Shown: positions 39,265 to 50,994 of the stretch, piece after piece
Numbering within the stretch: the first letter of the stretch is position 1
Layout: each line of letters opens with the position of its first letter
Assembly (NCBI RefSeq): GCF_018977255.1
Contig: NW_024704801.1
Coordinates: 124,001-188,000 of the forward strand
DNA length: 64,000 nucleotides
Origin: Callorhinchus milii
Lineage: Eukaryota
Direction of reading: 5' to 3'
Notes under the pieces: generated by a model
Database searches by the model: none
Told to the model about the DNA's origin: nothing
What the model saw: only the letters and a program-made list of their open reading frames with translations
Translations under genes and position numbers: made by a program

Positions 39265-39500
39265 GACACTGAGACTAACACGGACACTGAGAGTGAAACT
39301 GACTCTGACACTGAGAGTGAAACTGACTCTGACACTGAGAGTGAAACTGACTCTGACACTGACACTGACACTGAGAGTGAAACTGACTCTGACACTGAGA
39401 GTGAAACTGACTCTGACACTAACACTGACACTGAGAGTGAAACTGACTCTGACACTGAGAGTGAAACTGACTCTGACACTGACACTAACACTGACATTAA
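39265..39500. repeat. 24-bp minisatellite (GACACTGAGAGTGAAACTGACTCT)
   Basis: Direct inspection. Confidence 0.9.
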
Positions 39501-40792
39501 CACTCACACTCACACTTACAGAATGTCTGACAGGAACTCACCCGGCTGACAGTCAGTGTCTGTCCTTCCTGGCTCCTTCCCACCGATCACAGCTCCAACT
39601 CTCTCTCTGCCTGCAAAACATACAGTCACTACACTACAGTGAGTCCTGTGAACCGCTTTGAGACCTCTCCTCCCGGGGTCAAATGCCAGGACTCCAGTTA
39701 GAGGTTTAAACACCCAAGGTTTTTAAATGGGAAAAAAATTAAGATAATCATCTCTTTCCCAACCTCTCTCACCCTCCTTCCTTCTCTCACTTCCTCCCTC
39801 CCTCCCTCTCTCTCTCTTCTTCTCTCTCTCCCGTGCTCTCTCTCTCCCCTGCTCTCTCTCTCTCCCTCCTTCACTCTCCCCCCCACCCGTCTCCCTCCCT
39901 CCTCTCTCTCTCTCCCCCTTTCCTCCTCACCTTGTCTCTCTCTCCTACCTCCCCCCTTCTCTCCTCTCCTCTCTCTCTCCCCCTTCTCCCCACTCTGTCT
40001 CTCTTTCCCGCCCTCACTCCGTCTCTCCTTTCCTCCCTCTGTCTGCACCTCCCCCGCTCTTTTCCTCCCGTTGTCTCTATCCCCCCCTCCCCTCTCTGTC
40101 TCCCCCCAACCCCCCACCCCTGGGGTCTAACCCTGAACAGAGGGGATACCTGGGCTCGAGTCCTGGGTTGTGCTGTTTGAGAACCAGGCACTTTGACCCT
40201 GGACCCAAAGGCTAGAGATAAAGGCAATAAAGACCTCAGTGAAGCTGTGAGATTGGAGCTGATAACACAGTCACTGCATTGACACATACAGTGTGTCCCG
40301 TGAAGCACTTTGAGACGTCTCAAAGACGTGATAAGGCGCCGGGTCAAATGCCAGGATTATTATTGTCGATGATGAGAAATCGCTACCCCCTGAGCCCAAG
40401 TGGTTCTCATAGTCAAAGTTAGTACGTGGGACGTCCTCCCGACGTGAAAGGCGCTCAATAAATGGAATCTTGTTGTTGTTGTTGTTGTAGTAAAAACTTA
40501 TTTAAACTTAGTCTAAGATGGAAGAGGTTAATAAGTTAATTACAGGTTGCAAAAAAGTTAGTAGAAGTTAGTAGAGTTTAGTAAAAAGCGAGTGTGTGGA
40601 GAGGCAGTGTGTGTGCATACTGTTGTCTTGTCTGGAGGTTGGTTTTGGGACAGGTGATTACAGCTTGTGAGAGGGGAGGGGAGACAGTGGGTGTGTGTGT
40701 TTGGCCAGGGAGAGGGGAGGGGAGAGAGGAAAGGGGGTGGAGGGGAGGGGGAGAGAGCGAGACTGTCCGACCCTTTGGCCAGTCCGGTCACC

Positions 40793-43700
40793 ATGAAGAT
40801 ACAATTCGCCCCATTAAACCTACCACTGGAGCGGAGATTGCAAACTCTGGGAGTTCTCCAGTGGGTATTCTCCTTTATAGNNNNNNNNNNNNNNNNNNNN
40901 NNNNNNNNNNNNNNNNNNNNNNNNNNNNNNNNNNNNNNNNNNNNNNNNNNNNNNNNNNNNNNNNNNNNNNNNNNNNNNNNNNNNNNNNNNNNNNNNNNNN
41001 NNNNNNNNNNNNNNNNNNNNNNNNNNNNCTCATTCACACACACTCATTCACACGCACACACACTCATTCACACACACACTCGCACTCATTCACACACACT
41101 CGCACTCATTCACACACACACTCGCACTCATTCACACACACACTCGCACTCATTCACACACACTCGCACTCATTCACACACACACTCGCACTCATTCACA
41201 CACACACTCGCACTCATTCACACACACACTCACACTCATTCACACACACACTCACTCATTCACACACACTCACAGTCATTCACACACACTCACAGTCATT
41301 CACACACACAGTCATTCACACACACAGTCATTCACACACACACACACACCTCTGTTCACCAGCAGTAAGTAGGAATCCGCTTGTTAGTCGATTAACAGAT
41401 CGCTTTCCGGGGGTAATAATCCCTTCAAAACAAAAATGTGGTGGCTCAATCTCAGTGTCAGTGCGGGGCTGGGAGGGGGAGCGAGTGGGGGTTTGCCCCC
41501 TGACAGGGACCCGGCACCCCCGGTCAGTGTAGTGTCTGTTTCCCCTCCTCACCCCTAACCCTCTGAACTTCAATTCTGCAGTAAACGTCTGTTAACTATT
41601 AACTGCGAGATCCCCGTGTGACCTCGCTGCCAATGCCCTGACCAACCATCCCCCCGGCAAACCCTCTCGCTCACTCCACCGGCATCGCCGGGCGCAAACT
41701 GGCTGTCGAGTTTCGCCCACACAACACACAGTCACTGCACTTTACAGTGTGTCCTGCGAAGCGCTTTGAGAACGTCTCGACGACGCGATAAGGCGGTGTA
41801 TCAAAGGCCAGGATTATTATTATTATTATTATTATTATATCCTGACCTGATGATGCGCTGTGTGGATTGCTCACTCCTCTGTGATCTTGTCTGCCTCCCC
41901 GCCTCACTCCTGCCCAGCTCAGTGCTGTCTGGCTGGCTACGTCCTGCTGTTACTCAGTGACTACTGGTATTTGGCCGCTCTCTACTCTCTCTGGCTCTAC
42001 GTGGACTGGGACACTCCGGCCAGCGGAGGCCGCAGGTCGCAATGGATCCGGAACTGGACCGTGTGGAAATATTTCCAAAGTTACTTCCCCATCACTGTGA
42101 GTCCGGTCTTTACTACAATAAAGCCCCAAATGGCTGCCGAGTTTCGCCCACAAAACACACAGTCACTTCACTCTACAGTCAATCCTGTGAAGCGATTTGA
42201 AAAGTCTTGACGACGTGATAAGGCGTTGGGTCAAATGCCAGGATTATTATTATTACTTTTTACTGGAGGTTAATATTTTGTTCTCCAGGTAATTGGCCAA
42301 ACCATTTCTGGACAGACTTAGTAACAGTCTTAATTGCACCGATGATTCCATACACGTCCACGTGCAGTTGGTTTTATCTCCTGATCTTACCTTCAGGATT
42401 GACGGCCAGGACACCTGGAGAGAGAAACATTTCCCAGATCCCTGCGGGGTCTCTAACATCCACCTGAAATTTGGGCCCAAACCCCACAGTCGCTCTCTCT
42501 CTCTCCATTATCCGGTCTCTGACTCTCTCACCCCCTCTCTCTCTCTCTCCCCCCGCAGTTGCTGAAGACAGCTGAGTTGTCCCCTCGCCACAATTACTTG
42601 TTTGGGTTCCACCCTCATGGGGTGCTGGTGGCCGGAGCCTTTGGTAACTTCTGCACCGAGGCCACAGGATTCTCTCGGCTCTTCCCAGGCCTCACCCCCC
42701 ACCTGCTCATGTTACCCTTCTGGTTCCGGGTGCCTTTCTACAGGGAGTACATCATGTGTGGAGGTGAGGGGGCGGTGTGGGGGGGGGCGAGGGAGACGCG
42801 AGGAGGGAAGAGAGTCAACCGGGTCGTGGCTAAGGATTGGAATTCCTCCTGTCTCTAACTCTGAGAGCATTGAGAATGGAGCTTTGACGATGGAGTGGTG
42901 AGGATATTGTCTCTCTCTCTCTCTCTCTCTGCCCCAGGCCTGGTCTCCTCAGATAAGCAGAGCGCAACCCACATCCTGAGCCGGCCGGGGGGAGGGCAGG
43001 TGGCTGTGTTGGCAGTGGGGGGACCCCCAGAGGCCCTGGATGCCCGGCCAGGGGCCCTGACACTGCAACTGCTCCACAGGAAGGGATTCGTTAAACTTGC
43101 CCTGAAACATGGGTAAGTGTGGCCATGGGGTGGGGGGGGCAAAGGTGTGTGTCCGTGTGAGTGTGCGCGTGTTAGGGGGGGAGTGAGTGTGTGTGTGTGT
43201 GTGTGGAGTAAAAGTTTGTGTGTCTACGTGTCTGTGGGGAGAGAGAGCGAGAGTGGTGTGTAGAAGGGTGTGTGTGAGTGTGTGAGTGAGTGTGTGTGTG
43301 TGTGTGGGGGAGTGACTGTGTGTAGGACTGCGTGTGCGCGTGTGTAGGAGTGCGTGTGTGTGCGTGTAGGAGCGCGTGTGTGTGTAGGATTGCATGTACA
43401 CAAGTGTGTGTAGCAATGAGGGTGTGTTGGGGGGAGCGAGGTGTATCTGTACGAGGAGCGAGAGCATGTGTTTGTGGGAGTGAATGCGTGTGTGTGTGTG
43501 TGTAGCAGTGAGGCTGTACGTGACACCCCCCCCACCTTGTCCCCTCCCCAGTGCCCACCTGGTGCCTGTGTTCTCGTTCGGGGAGAACGAGCTGTTTGAC
43601 CAGGTCCCGAACCCCCAGGGGTCATGGCTCCGTGGCCTACAGGATAGACTGCAGCGGCTGGTGGGGCTCTCTCTGCCCCTCTTCCACGCTCGTGGCATCT

Positions 43701-44316
43701 TCCAGTACAGCTTCGGTCTCATGCCCTACCGTCAGCCCGTCAACACCGTGGGTAAGAGCAGCCAACCCTGGGGAGAGAGACACAACACCCACCCGCTCCC
43801 CCCAACACACACCCACCCGCTCCCCCAACACACACCCACCCGCTCCCCCAACACACACCCACCCGCTCCCCCCAACACACACCCACCCGCTCCCCCACAA
43901 CACACACCCACCCGCTCCCCCACAACACACACCCACCCGCTCCCCCACAACACACACCCACCCGCTACCCCACAACACACACCCACCCGCTACCCCACAA
44001 CACACACTCTGGAAACCAAACCGGATTGGTGGGTGGAGGGGAGATGGGGTTGGATTGGGAAGGGGTTGGCTAAGGGTGGAGGGGAGAGATCCTGGGCTGA
44101 GGGGAGAAGGGGTTGGATTGGGAAGGGGTCGACTGACGTTCTTCCCCCCACCCCCCTGCAGTGGGCCGGTCCATTGCTGTGGAGAAGACCCCGAGCCCCA
44201 CCGGGCAGCAGATCGAGGAGTTACACCAGACTTACCTCAGCCAACTCCAGGAGCTCTTCGAGGAGAACAAGGCACGTTTCGGGGTCCCTGAAAGCAAGCA
44301 CCTCATCCTGGTATAA
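40793..44316 (+). CDS. 2-acylglycerol O-acyltransferase, MOGAT1/MOGAT2-like (DGAT2 family), 6 exons
   Basis: Exons 40793-~40883 ([18 protein letters not shown]; end lies in an N-gap), 41918-42096 (179 nt), 42559-42763 (205), 42938-43112 (175), 43552-43751 (200), 44162-44316 (155, TAA). [17 protein letters not shown] and [10 protein letters not shown] motifs; AATAAA at 45135-45140. Confidence 0.9.
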
Positions 44317-44319
44317 CCC

Positions 44320-44795
44320 CCCCCCCAATCCGCCCCAGGGCCAATCCCCCCTCTCCCCCCCAGGGCCAATCCCCCCTCTCCCCCCAGGGCCAATCCCCCC
44401 TCTCCCCCCTGGGCCAATCCCCCCTCTCCCCCCCAGGGCCAATCCCCCCTCTCCCCCCAGGGCCAATCCCCCCTCTCCCCCCTCAGGGCCAATCCCCCTC
44501 TCCCCCCCAGGGCCAATCCCCCCTCTCTCCCCCAGGGCCAATCCCCCCTCTCTCCCCCAGGGCCAATCCCCCCTCTCCCCCCAGGGCCAATCCCCCCTTC
44601 CACCCCAGGGCCAATCCCCCCTCTCCACCCCAGGACCAATCCCCCCTCTCCCCCCCAGGACCTCTCCCCCCCAGGGCCACTCCCCCCTCTCCCCCCAGGG
44701 CCAATCCCCCCTCTCCCCCCCAGGCCAATCCCCCCTCCCCCCCCCCCCCCCCCCCCCCGCCAATCCCACCCCCAGGGCCAATCCCCCCTCCCCCA
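44320..44795. repeat. ~24-bp minisatellite (CCCAGGGCCAATCCCCCCTCTCCC) in the MOGAT 3' UTR
   Basis: Starts a few nt after the stop codon. Confidence 0.92.
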
Positions 44796-45327
44796 CCAAG
44801 AGCCATCCATTCCCCCCATTAAACATCAACAACCCCATTCCGCGCCCCCCCCCATCAACATTGCCCACCCACTACTGTTGCCCTCCCCCCTCCCGCCGCA
44901 GCGATACACACCTGCTCCCCCCACCCCAAACGGTTGAGATGCTGCCTAATCTCTGCCCCCCTCCCACCCCCCACCGCGTACACCCTTCAGGCCCTGTCAC
45001 CCCCACCGCGTACACCCTTCAGGCCCTGTCACCCCCACCGCGTACACCCTTCAGGCCCTGTCACCCCCACCACGTCTTGTGGCTGAGGGAAAGGGATGGA
45101 TTTCCTGATGGAACGGGAGTTTGTGGCTGTTGTGAATAAACCCTGAAGTGCTCACTGTTGTCGTAGCTCATTCATTAAACATGTCCATCATGTCCAGCAG
45201 ATGGGGGTGTGGAAGGGGTGGAAGTTCCTGTCCACATACAACTCCCCCCCCCCCCCCCCACCCCCCTATACACACACACACACACAGGCTCCCTCTCAAT
45301 ACACAGTATGGCTTCTGTAATAACCTC

Positions 45328-45722
45328 AAGCTCTCTCTACACTGTGCGTCCACACTCCCAGGTCAGGGTTAGAGACACAGTAAAGCTCTCTCTACACTGT
45401 GCGTCAACACTCCCGGGTCAGGGTTAGAGACACAGTAAAGCTCTCTCTACACTGTGCGTCCACACTCCCAGGTCAGGGTTAGAGACTCAGTGAAGCTCCT
45501 CTACACTGTGTGTCCACACTCCCAGGTCAGGGTTACAGACACAGTAACGCTCCTCTACACTGTGCGTCCACACTCCCAGGTCAGGGTTAGAGACACAGTA
45601 AAGCTCCTCTACACTGTGCGTCCACACTCCCGGGTCAGGGTTAGAGACACAGTAAGGCTCCTCTACACTGTGTGTCCACACTCCCGGGTCAGGGTTAGAG
45701 ACACAGTAAGGCTCCCTCTACG
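45328..45722. repeat. ~55-bp tandem repeat (CTCTACACTGTGCGTCCACACTCCCAGGTCAGGGTTAGAGACACAGTAAAGCT), about 7 copies
   Basis: Direct inspection; dispersed copies also at about 10680-10740 and 26205-26338. Confidence 0.92.
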
Positions 45723-46248
45723 CTGTCCTCACCATGGGAGGGAAACTTGCCTTCTCAGCTGAGCCTCAGTGTCTATTTACAGAGCTCTGTGGGTGGTTCG
45801 GTTTCCCTGTGTCGCTCTTTGTGGTCAAGAGTTTGGGAAGGAAACGAACTTGGGAAAGAGGGTAAACAGGGCCACACAGAGGAAAGGCAGTGAGGTTTAA
45901 ATCCCCTTTATTTCAGTCATTCCAACAGCAAAAAGAATCAGTGTGTGAGGTAATGGAGAGTGCGGACACTGTGTGTGTGTTTGGGGGTCTGGGGGCTCAG
46001 TCACTCGGCTGGAGGTTGTGGGAGACACTCGAACCCACAACCTCCTGATTCGGAGGTGAGAGATCGCAAGCGACTGAGCCACAATGTTGACAGTTTCAAA
46101 CCCGGAACCTCTCAGTCCCAGATTACAATAAGGGATAAAACGGGTTATAAATAATCTATAAATTAATGTGTTTAAATACAATCCATGCGTACAATCAGGT
46201 GTTGAGGTGGGGGGAGGGGGGGCTTCTGGCTTGTCTACTGCCCGCTGC

Positions 46249-48087
46249 TCAGGTGCCCCTCAGGTATGCGTGGAGGCTGGGGGGCAGGGGCAGAGTTGAC
46301 ACCCCCGACATGCCCTCCGAGCCCAGGCTGAGCCGCACTCGCCAGCGGCAGAGAGCTTCCAGCCTCGCGGGCTGATCTGGGGAGAGAGAGAGAGAGAAGA
46401 TGTTCACTCCAGCACCATAGCCATCGCCTGTCTTACTCTGTCCTTCTCTCTGTCCCCTCCTCTCCCCCTCCTCCGCCCCGCTCCTCTCTCCCCCAAACAT
46501 CCTTCACAAGACGTTAAACCTCACTCCCCGTCCGTGCCCCGACCATCAAGATCTCCCACGGATCTATCCACAAAGACCAGGGGGTTTCTCTCTCTCTCCC
46601 CCGGTGTCCTGGCTGACAATCCCCCAAATAAAATTGGTCGTCCACTCCACAATTGTTTGTGTGCAATTGCCTGCCGCACTTTACCCAGTCACTACACTTT
46701 ATCCTGTGAAGCGCTTCGAGACGTCTCGAAGATGTGATCGCAATCTGTATCAAACGCAGAGATTATTATATTTGTTCAGCTTCTCCCACGTAAACCGTAC
46801 TCACAGAATACAATCAATTACCCACGAAGATGACGGTGGCTTTTCCTGGGGAGAAGCCGGAGAGAGAGACAGAGAGAGAGAGAGAAACCTGATTTGTTTT
46901 TGTTGCGCTTTGAATTTTAATCTTTTTTTAGATTAAAAAAAAAGTAACAGAGGTTGGAAAAGTAACCTGGGGTGGGGGGGGGGGGGGGTGGAGAGGGCTG
47001 GTGTTCGACAGATAGAGCGCCTTTCCTATCAGGAGGACGTCACAAAGTAACTTCACAGGATTCACGGTAAAGTGTAGTGACTGTGTGTGACGTGGCAGCC
47101 GATTCGCGCTCGGCGACGCCACCACAAACAGCCGTGAAGCAACGGGGAGTGAGTGAGGTTTAACGTTTCATCTGACAATGAGATGACATCTTTCTCTCTC
47201 TCTCTCTTCCCCCCCCAGTGCTGCACTAGAGAGTCAGCCTGGACTGTGAGCTCAACGCCCCCGACGTGGGGTGGGGGGAGCTCGAACAAGTGAGAGAGGT
47301 GGGTGGGGGTCTTCACGTCAGACAGTCGCGGGTTTGTGACCGAGTTGGGGATTTAATAGCGCGGAGAGCGTGTGTGAGAGAGTGTGAGAGAGAGAGAGAG
47401 GTCGGACTCACGATCCACGCTGTTGATGTAGGTCAGGGTGATGCTGGAGTCTCCCCACACCGAGCTGACCATGGGGTACAGAGTCCGGCCTCTCAGGCCG
47501 GTGAAAGCAGCTCCCAGATACTCTCCGTCCACCAGGAAGCTCAGGCTGCCCTGGTCGGCATCCAGGATGAGCAGGAAGGAGGGTGGCACCGGCAGGGGCC
47601 CGCCTGGCGAGGGCGGGTACGTGCCCGGGGCGGGCACCTTGCTGCCGTGGTACAGCTGGTTCCGGCCGAGCTCCCAGCCCCACGACTCGGAGTCACTGCC
47701 CACCAGGGCGCTGTACCCCGGGGCCTGCAGCCGGGCCCTGGCAGTACCCACCCCCACCGCGGCATGGCTGCCTCGCTGGCCCGAGGGCCACACCACCTCC
47801 CAGACGTGCAGCCCCTCCCGGTAGCCCGGCCCGGCCCGGACGCAGTCGCTGCTGGAGGAGGCCGGGCAGCGCCGAGCCGTTCGCCTGTCCTCCGCCCCCA
47901 CCGTCATGTTGGGGGAGCTCTGCGCCGGGTCCCAGGAGTGTCGGAGTCGCTCCTCGTGGGGAGCGGGGGGCAAGTCCAGCAGGAGTCCCAGGCGGGACGG
48001 GGGGGACACCCCAAGCCCCCAGAAGGGGCTCCTTTCCCCAGAGCCGGTGGGGGGCGGCCCCTGAGCTTTAAACAGCCTCGGCCCCAT
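46249..48087 (-). CDS. SPRY domain-containing SOCS box protein, SPSB1/2/4 family
   Basis: Exon 48087-47412 (SPRY: GLHVWEVVWPSGQRGSHAAVGV, GYSALVGSDSESWGW, LYPMVSSVWG) spliced in phase 1 to 46376-46249 (SOCS box PARLEALCRWRVRLSLG..LPLPPSLHAYL*). Two-coding-exon layout typical of the family; AATAAA on minus at 45907-45912. Confidence 0.9.
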
Positions 48088-48159
48088 GACTGTTATCAGC
48101 AACAAAACAACTAACAGCCTCTGGAGCAACAGCAAACAGCAACGTTGACTTTAGTGCTG

Positions 48160-48480
48160 GTGGTGGGTGCTAAGTGCCGGGTGGCTGGGTGCCGGGTGGC
48201 TGGGTGCCGGGTGGCTGGGTGGCTGGGTGTTGGGTGCTGGGTGGCTGGGTGCTAAGTGCTAAGTGCTGGGTGCCGGGTGGTTGGGTGCTGGGTGGCTGGG
48301 TGCTGGGTGGCTGGGTGGCTGGGTGCTGGGTGGCTGGGTGCTGGGTGGCTGGGTGCTGGGTGGCTGGGTGCTGGGTGCTGGGTGGCTGGGTGCTGGGTGG
48401 CTGGGTGGCTGGGTGGCTGGGTGCTGGGTGGCTGGGTGCCGGGTGGCCGGGTGGCTGGGTGCTACGTCTGGTGCTGGGTG
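48160..48480. repeat. G-rich minisatellite (GGGTGCTGGGTGGCT)
   Basis: Direct inspection. Confidence 0.9.
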
Positions 48481-50994
48481 CGTGGTGTGGCTCACAGAGG
48501 GGGCAGCCACTGCTTTTAAAGCACTTGGTGTGAAAGTAATCCGGTTTATCTGCATTGTGTTATCGGCCGATTACAGAATGTTCCCGTGTGTCATGACGGA
48601 GGCTGCGGAGAGAGACAGACAGTGACCGACGGCCTGGTCACCTCCTACGTTAAGCACCAGCAGCTCCTCCCTCGCGCCCCCCCCACAATCTCAGCTTCAA
48701 GGTCAGCAGCTTCCGTCACTCGCTCACCCCCACCCCCCACCTCCCCCCCACTTACATTTCGCAGAGGAATTTTCTCCGCGTGTGTGTGTACCTGACAGTG
48801 TAGGGACCCCCAGTGTGTGTGTGTGTGTGCGTGTGTCTGTGTGTGTGTGTGCGTGTGTCTGTGTGTGTGTGTGTGCGTGTGTCTGTGTGTATGCATGAGA
48901 TAACGTGTAACTCTTCAGGCCACTTAGCTCAGAGAGAGGGAGGAGGAGAGATACAGGAGCGGAGACAGAGGGAGTGCAAATAGAACAAACGGTGAAGCGA
49001 GCGGGGGGGTGGGGGGGGCAGGAGTGCTGTGCAATAAATAATAATAATCCTTACGACAGGAGGTCTCAAAGCGCTTCGCAGGATTCACTGTGAAGTGTAG
49101 TGACCAAGTATTACACGATAGGGAGCCAGTGGAGGCTGGCGAGGGCTGGGGTGATGGGGGGGCCGGGGTTTAGTGGGTGTGATAGGGAGCCAGTGGAGGC
49201 TGGCGAGGGCTGGGGTGATGGGGGGCCGGGGTTTAGTGGGGGTGATAGGGAGCCAGTGGAGGCTGGCGAGGGCTGGGGTATATATTTTGGTGCAGTTAAG
49301 GATACAGACAGCAGAGACCTGAATGAATTGGAACTGGAAGTTAGCAACTAAAGCCCAAAACTCCGAATATAATCTAAAATTAGAGTAAATGTGGTTCAAT
49401 GTGAAAGCACAAATACAAAGTGCCAGCTCGGGAATCTGTTATAGTCGCTTCCAGTGACTGATTGAATAAGTTCCAAGGTGAGAGTGTCTGAGGGGTGGGA
49501 GCCAAATCACGACTGACATTTATACAGTGCCTTTCGCCTCGGCAGGACATCTCAGAGTGCTTCACGCAGGGGGAAGATGAACATTGTCTCTCTTTCTCTT
49601 TCCCTTCCATTCTCCTTCACACACACTCTGTCCCCCTCTCACGCACACACACATCCTTTCCTCCTTCTGAGTCTGAGAGACGTTCATTTGGTGGTAAGCC
49701 TTGGCTGCCTATTACGCCATTGCTGGTGTTATCTGAATGCGTGAGCTCAAGGCTGTGGTAGGAGGGGAGGTAACTGTCTATGAGGCTGGAGCTGCACTCA
49801 GACAGTGTGGGGAACGCTGCCCAATGTCCTCAGCCTTGCAGACAGGAGGATAGATAGTGGCTCACATGAGGTTATCCACTTGTTTATGAAGGCGGCTGCA
49901 ATGTGAGCAATGAGGCCAAATCAGCACTGCTCAATGCAAGGGCAGACAAGCCAGTGTCAGAGAGCCAGGGCCCCGTCTCCCTGCAGCACAGAGGCTGACG
50001 CGGACTTGAGGAGGTGGACAGAATGAGGGATGTTGACAGGGAGCACCTCGCCTGGTTGACCAGGGGACACAGATAACAGAGAGTCTCAAGAACAGCGAAA
50101 GGAGATCTTGGGAGGAATGTTTTCACCCAGAGACACTGGGCTCTGTGAGCCAGTGCGGACCTGATGGGCTAAATGGCCTCCTTCTGTACTGTGGGTTTCC
50201 ATGTTTCTACAGTCAGACACACAAATACACAGAGCTCTGTGCACAGGCTCAGATACACAGTTCCACGCATGTACTCACCCCACAAAGAGAAACATGTTTA
50301 CACTGACACAGAGAGAACAGTGTAAACACACACACTGTGTGGCAAGAACATGGAATATAGATTGAGCCAAGGCTTGGGGAGGCCAGAGTGTGCATTGGGG
50401 TAAATGCTGGAGTCTAACCAGGTGAACCACACAGCTTGCCCATTCATATCACTGTCATGGCAAGCTTTCACGCTGCTTGTCCAGCTAAGTCCACCCTCCC
50501 CGTTAGTTAGTTGGGGCTTTGGCTGTGGGGTTAACAGATGCTGAGTGGGAGGATTCCCTGCCCCAGTGACTGATCGGCCCTTAAGGTCCTGCCGATGAGC
50601 CGGGCCGGGCTGGGCTGCCGTCACGGAGAGTGGTGGTGGTGGGGGGGTTCGATCCTGACATCCTGTTGCCAAACACGGCACCTTCAATTCAGTTAGGACC
50701 AGAACCCACTTCCTCGTCCCCACCCCGCCAGGTATATAATGTGTGAGGATGCATGTTGGGATGGGACTGTAATAGACGTCTCACAAACCTAATCACAGAT
50801 GATGTATTTCATCAGAAGTGACAAGTACGATAACATCTATAGGAAGTAAGAACAAGGAACTGAAAGCGAGATGTCATCATGCAAAGACACTTGTATTTGC
50901 GATCATCCTTGAGAAGGAAGGGTAGGAGTAACAGGAGAGTCACAGCAACAGTGACCGGTGCCACGGAGAGAGAGTGAGAGAGAGAGACGGAGAG

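Noticed and set aside
44320-44795. Many CCAAT boxes suggesting a promoter
   Set aside because: They are part of a 3' UTR minisatellite unit with no associated gene start.
43484-45139. 551-aa ORF, the longest in the track
   Set aside because: Only 43552-43751 is a real exon; the rest is intron, an out-of-frame last exon and the 3' UTR minisatellite.
46010-46046. 12-bp perfect hairpin GGAGGTTGTGGG..CCCACAACCTCC in the SPSB 3' UTR
   Set aside because: Extended T-arm of a SINE-like head; too short for a pre-miRNA and lacks SECIS features.
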